A DNA stretch of 64,000 bases from Candidatus Poribacteria bacterium (lineage in GTDB: Bacteria > Poribacteria > WGA-4E > WGA-3G). Position 1 is the first letter of the stretch. Each line of letters opens with the position of its first letter. The notes under the pieces were generated by a model. It worked only from the letters and a program-made list of their open reading frames with translations. It was not told where the DNA came from and made no database searches. The stretch lies in contig CAXXLX010000001.1 of the NCBI GenBank assembly GCA_963665235.2, forward strand, positions 3,808,001 through 3,872,000, read 5' to 3'. This document shows, piece by piece, positions 60,383-64,000 of the stretch. Made by a program: the position numbers and the translations under genes.

Positions 60383-61879
60383 GTGCCCAAAATGCTGGAT
60401 AATTTGCAAACTACGTTCAATTTCTACGGAAACGGCACCTTAGATGCCCAATTATCTCCTAAAGGTTACAAAGGATTTGCCGGATTTCACAAGTATTGGG
60501 GAAAAAAACCTACCGAGGTGTGGCGATTTCTGATAGGGAATTTGACATCACCTCAGGATATTGTTTTAGACCCATTCCTCGGTGCTGGACTTATAGCGAA
60601 AACGTGTATCAGTCACAATTGTCGCCTTATCGGTTTCGATGTCAATCCAATTAGTATTGCACTAACGAAACTTTATCTAAATCCGCCAGACTACATAGAC
60701 TTAAGAAATGCTATCTATGAAATTGAAAGGCGCGTCAAGCCGCTTATTAATGCCATGTATCTCGTATCCGATGGAAATATAGCGACGCATCTCCTCTGGG
60801 ACAATGACCAGATAACGCAGGTCTGGACAAAACGGAATGGGAAGAGAATTGAACTGAACCTCAATAAGCACGAACTCTCGGCACTTCAAAATGTGGCAAC
60901 ATATCATCCACAAAGACTACGGGAGCTCCGGTTGTTCGACAATTCGAGAATTAATTCACAAAAAACGCTTACTCTTACAGAACTTTTCTCTCCGCGTGCG
61001 TTACGGGCAATTGACTTAATCAAGGCCGAAATAGAACGGTTTTCTGGTGATTTAAAGAGAGCGTTGAATCTGATATTGTCGGCCTCAGTAGGGCAGATGT
61101 CTAACATGGTTTTTGCTGTCTCAAGAAGAGGAAAAACCGAGGGCATTGAAACAGGTAAAATTGAGGTCGGGAGCTGGACAATTGGGTATTGGTGCCCAGC
61201 ACAACATTTTGAAATAAATGCATGGAATTGTTATGCAATCAAAGCCAATAAATTGTTAAAAGCAGTCGGGGAGGCAGGTGACGCGAAACCTGTCACGATT
61301 TCCCCCTCTCTAAATAGTCTCCTAAATCAGCACGAAACCGTTTATGTCCAACAGGGGGACGCAGCGCAACTACTAACAGACGTTCCAACTGAATCAATCA
61401 AAGTCATCATAACCGATCCGCCGCATGGAGACAGGATTCCGTATTTGGAACTCAGTGAGATGTGGAACAGCGTCCTGTGTTTTGATTCTAACTACGAAGA
61501 TGAATTGGTTGTTTCAAATGCGAAAGGGCGCGGCAAAGATATCCGAGCTTATAACGAGAAATTAACCTCAATCTTCCATCAATGCGCCCGAGTTCTAGAA
61601 AAAGACGGGTTCTTGATAATCATGTTTAACGCAAGGGCTGCAGCCTATTGGCAAAGTCTTCGCCAATTGGAAGCAGCTACGGGACTTGCATATATCGGGT
61701 GTTATCCGAGCGCATATTCTGCCGGCTCAATCCTTCAAGATAATAGGAAAGGCGGATTAAAAACGGATTTCGTTCTGTTGTACGGAAAACAGATAAGCGA
61801 GAAAAATCTGGAGAAAACCGTGGCAACCTTTAGCGATGTAAAAGGTTGGACAACCCGCTATCCCAAGGAAAGTGAGTGA
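60383..61879 (+). CDS. Amino (m6A/m4C) DNA methyltransferase of a type II RM system
   Basis: HKYWGKKP, VLDPFLGAG (motif I) and ITDPPH (motif IV). Confidence 0.88.
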   Translation: MPKMLDNLQTTFNFYGNGTLDAQLSPKGYKGFAGFHKYWGKKPTEVWRFLIGNLTSPQDIVLDPFLGAGLIAKTCISHNCRLIGFDVNPISIALTKLYLNPPDYIDLRNAIYEIERRVKPLINAMYLVSDGNIATHLLWDNDQITQVWTKRNGKRIELNLNKHELSALQNVATYHPQRLRELRLFDNSRINSQKTLTLTELFSPRALRAIDLIKAEIERFSGDLKRALNLILSASVGQMSNMVFAVSRRGKTEGIETGKIEVGSWTIGYWCPAQHFEINAWNCYAIKANKLLKAVGEAGDAKPVTISPSLNSLLNQHETVYVQQGDAAQLLTDVPTESIKVIITDPPHGDRIPYLELSEMWNSVLCFDSNYEDELVVSNAKGRGKDIRAYNEKLTSIFHQCARVLEKDGFLIIMFNARAAAYWQSLRQLEAATGLAYIGCYPSAYSAGSILQDNRKGGLKTDFVLLYGKQISEKNLEKTVATFSDVKGWTTRYPKESE

Positions 61880-62973
61880 AAACGTTGGATTTTAATACGG
61901 CTGTGAACCTATTCAAAAACGATAAAATTCGTGAACTCTCCACAACAGCTGAGGGAATGCGGTTTTTAAAGCTACGTTCACTCTCGCGAAAGGTGCATCT
62001 CGATTACCTTATCAATGAATTTGAAATAGACATCGGAACCCGCAGCTCAAACAATGAGAGGCTGAGGCTACTTTACGAGTCAGATATTTGCTCTGTAAGT
62101 ATAAACCACGCCATACAGATATTGTTTGAAAAAGAACGAGAAACCCGACAGAAAAACGAACAACAATTGATAAATGAGTTGTACAAAGTTCAGTCTTTTG
62201 ATTGGGGGGGTTTACACCGAAACAGTTTAGAAACAACAATTGTAAATAGGTATGTGAAGAAAATAACCTCTTATGAATTCCTGCATGATGAAATAGAAGG
62301 TACACTTCACAAGCGTTTAAGGTCTTACGTCCTCGCTTCTTGGTACAATCATTGGACCTCTATCATTATTGAGGATATTTTTAAGGAACATGCGAAGGTG
62401 ATTCCAGCGGTGGGACAGATAAAGAAAATTGACTTTTTCCTTAACAATAAACCGTTCGATTTAAAAGTCACATACCTACCTGAAGGCTATATTAAAGATT
62501 GTCGCAAGGCTAACGGATTACGCCCTGAGTTGACCTTAATGAAAATTTCAGCTCGAAAACTAAATATTGCTTTCGACGCATCAGCTCCGGAATCAGTGTT
62601 AATTCCTGATTTATGGCGTAAACTTGACGACAATCCTAATGATAGTGCGCGCGAATTGATAGATGAACTACAAACATATAGGGAGGAGGTATTAAACACC
62701 GCTATCACCGAGCCGAAATCACTCGGACGATGGTTTTATGAAAATCAAGGCCTGCGGCGTTTCGATGCTTCAAATCGGTTGTTTCTTGTGCTGGTAGATA
62801 AAACCAACTTTTTTGATTCGTGGAAATTAAAAAGAGCTCGACCGTTGATTGCCGCACACGTAACCAATTACCTGGAAGAAGCTAATACAGATGTAGGTTT
62901 TCAACTCGACTTCTATTGGGATGGAGAAACCTACTCAACTGAAGCAGATGTGATATTTGTTACCAAGCAATAA
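61876..62973 (+). CDS. Putative type II restriction endonuclease
   Basis: GTGA overlap with the MTase gene; E...IDFF...FDLK PD-(D/E)XK-like core; AT-rich. Confidence 0.75.
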   Translation: MKTLDFNTAVNLFKNDKIRELSTTAEGMRFLKLRSLSRKVHLDYLINEFEIDIGTRSSNNERLRLLYESDICSVSINHAIQILFEKERETRQKNEQQLINELYKVQSFDWGGLHRNSLETTIVNRYVKKITSYEFLHDEIEGTLHKRLRSYVLASWYNHWTSIIIEDIFKEHAKVIPAVGQIKKIDFFLNNKPFDLKVTYLPEGYIKDCRKANGLRPELTLMKISARKLNIAFDASAPESVLIPDLWRKLDDNPNDSARELIDELQTYREEVLNTAITEPKSLGRWFYENQGLRRFDASNRLFLVLVDKTNFFDSWKLKRARPLIAAHVTNYLEEANTDVGFQLDFYWDGETYSTEADVIFVTKQ

Positions 62974-63078
62974 TAACATAAAACCCCCTTATGAATTGGA
63001 TACATCGTGAATTTCTTTTCAAATTTTTAATATAAAATATAATCCAATCCGACACATGTCTATGAAATGGAGGAAGAC

Positions 63079-64000
63079 GTGGCTAGAAAAAAAATTAGTG
63101 TTATTGGTGCCGGCAACGTCGGCGCGACCGCAGCATTCCTTATTGCACAAAAACAACTCGGGAATGTTGTCCTGATAGACATCATTGACGGAGTCCCGCA
63201 GGGAAAGGCATTAGATATGGCTGAAACTGCCCCCGTAGAAATGTTCGACGCTGCAATTAGTGGCGACCTCGATTATACCGCTACCGCAGACTCCGATTTA
63301 GTAATTATTACATCGGGCTCCCCACGCAAACCGGGGATGACTCGGGAAGACCTATTGCAAACGAACGCCAAAATCGTTGGGAGTGTCACCGAAAATGTCG
63401 TGAAACACTCGCCTGACTGTATCCTGATGATGCTGACAAATCCGCTGGACATCATGACATACCACGCGTGGAAGGTCTCCGATTTTCCATCACACCGTGT
63501 CCTCGGACAGGCGGGTGTCCTAGACTCCGCTCGGTTCCGCTATTTTATTTCGCTTGAGCTTGGCGTATCGGTAGAAGACATCCACGCGCTCGTCCTCGGC
63601 GGACATGGCGATACGATGGTCCCGCTACCCCGTTATACAACTGTCAACGGCATCCCGATTCCGCAGTTGATACCAGCAGAGCGCATCGAGGCGATGGCAC
63701 AACGTACCCGTGACGGTGGGGCTGAAGTTGTCAATCTTCTCAAGACAAGTGGCTATTATGCCGCGGGTGCCTCGTTGGCACAGATGGCCGAAGCTATCAT
63801 TCTGGATAAGAAACGTCTCTTGCCGTGTTCCGCGCATCTTACCGGACAATACGGCATAGATGACCTCTATATCGGGGTTCCGATTAAATTAGGCGCGGGC
63901 GGGGTTGAAGAGATTATTGAAATCGAATTGACCGATGACGAACGCGCATCTTTACAGCATTCCGCACAAACTTACCGTGATGGAATTGCACTGTTGGGAT
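63079..64000 (+). CDS. mdh: Malate dehydrogenase (LDH-like; 3' end runs off the window)
   Basis: GGAGG RBS, GTG start, KKISVIGAGNVG...PRKPGMTREDL...LDSARF...GGHGD. Confidence 0.95.
   Translation, partial: MARKKISVIGAGNVGATAAFLIAQKQLGNVVLIDIIDGVPQGKALDMAETAPVEMFDAAISGDLDYTATADSDLVIITSGSPRKPGMTREDLLQTNAKIVGSVTENVVKHSPDCILMMLTNPLDIMTYHAWKVSDFPSHRVLGQAGVLDSARFRYFISLELGVSVEDIHALVLGGHGDTMVPLPRYTTVNGIPIPQLIPAERIEAMAQRTRDGGAEVVNLLKTSGYYAAGASLAQMAEAIILDKKRLLPCSAHLTGQYGIDDLYIGVPIKLGAGGVEEIIEIELTDDERASLQHSAQTYRDGIALLG

Overview
Bacterial chromosomal window. The multiple PhyH dioxygenases, giant TPR protein, Rpn nuclease and repeat-rich intergenic DNA resemble Candidatus Poribacteria; this is an inference, not a database result. 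Housekeeping blocks are pckG, selD-pyrE-ymdB, xseA-xseB-dxs-tlyA-tamB-tamA/bamA, a nucleoside ABC transporter, and citrate-synthase-like/icd/mdh with a type II RM pair inserted. They are interleaved with dense selfish DNA. There are two IS200/IS605 OMEGA elements (IsrB plus omegaRNA), one intact and one decayed; their exact ends, flank-derived guides and shared ATGA TAM can be read from the sequence. The decayed copy splits a membrane-protein gene in frame, and the intact copy sits just upstream of an HNH-WYL fusion gene. Three unrelated MITE families with target-site duplications carry variable-length REP hairpin arrays; one MITE is nested in another and one splits a sigma70 promoter. Also present: a selenocysteine-recoded SelD with a SECIS hairpin, an Rpn gene with an internal start, and a 188-bp tandem repeat. 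No rRNA, tRNA or true CRISPR array was seen.
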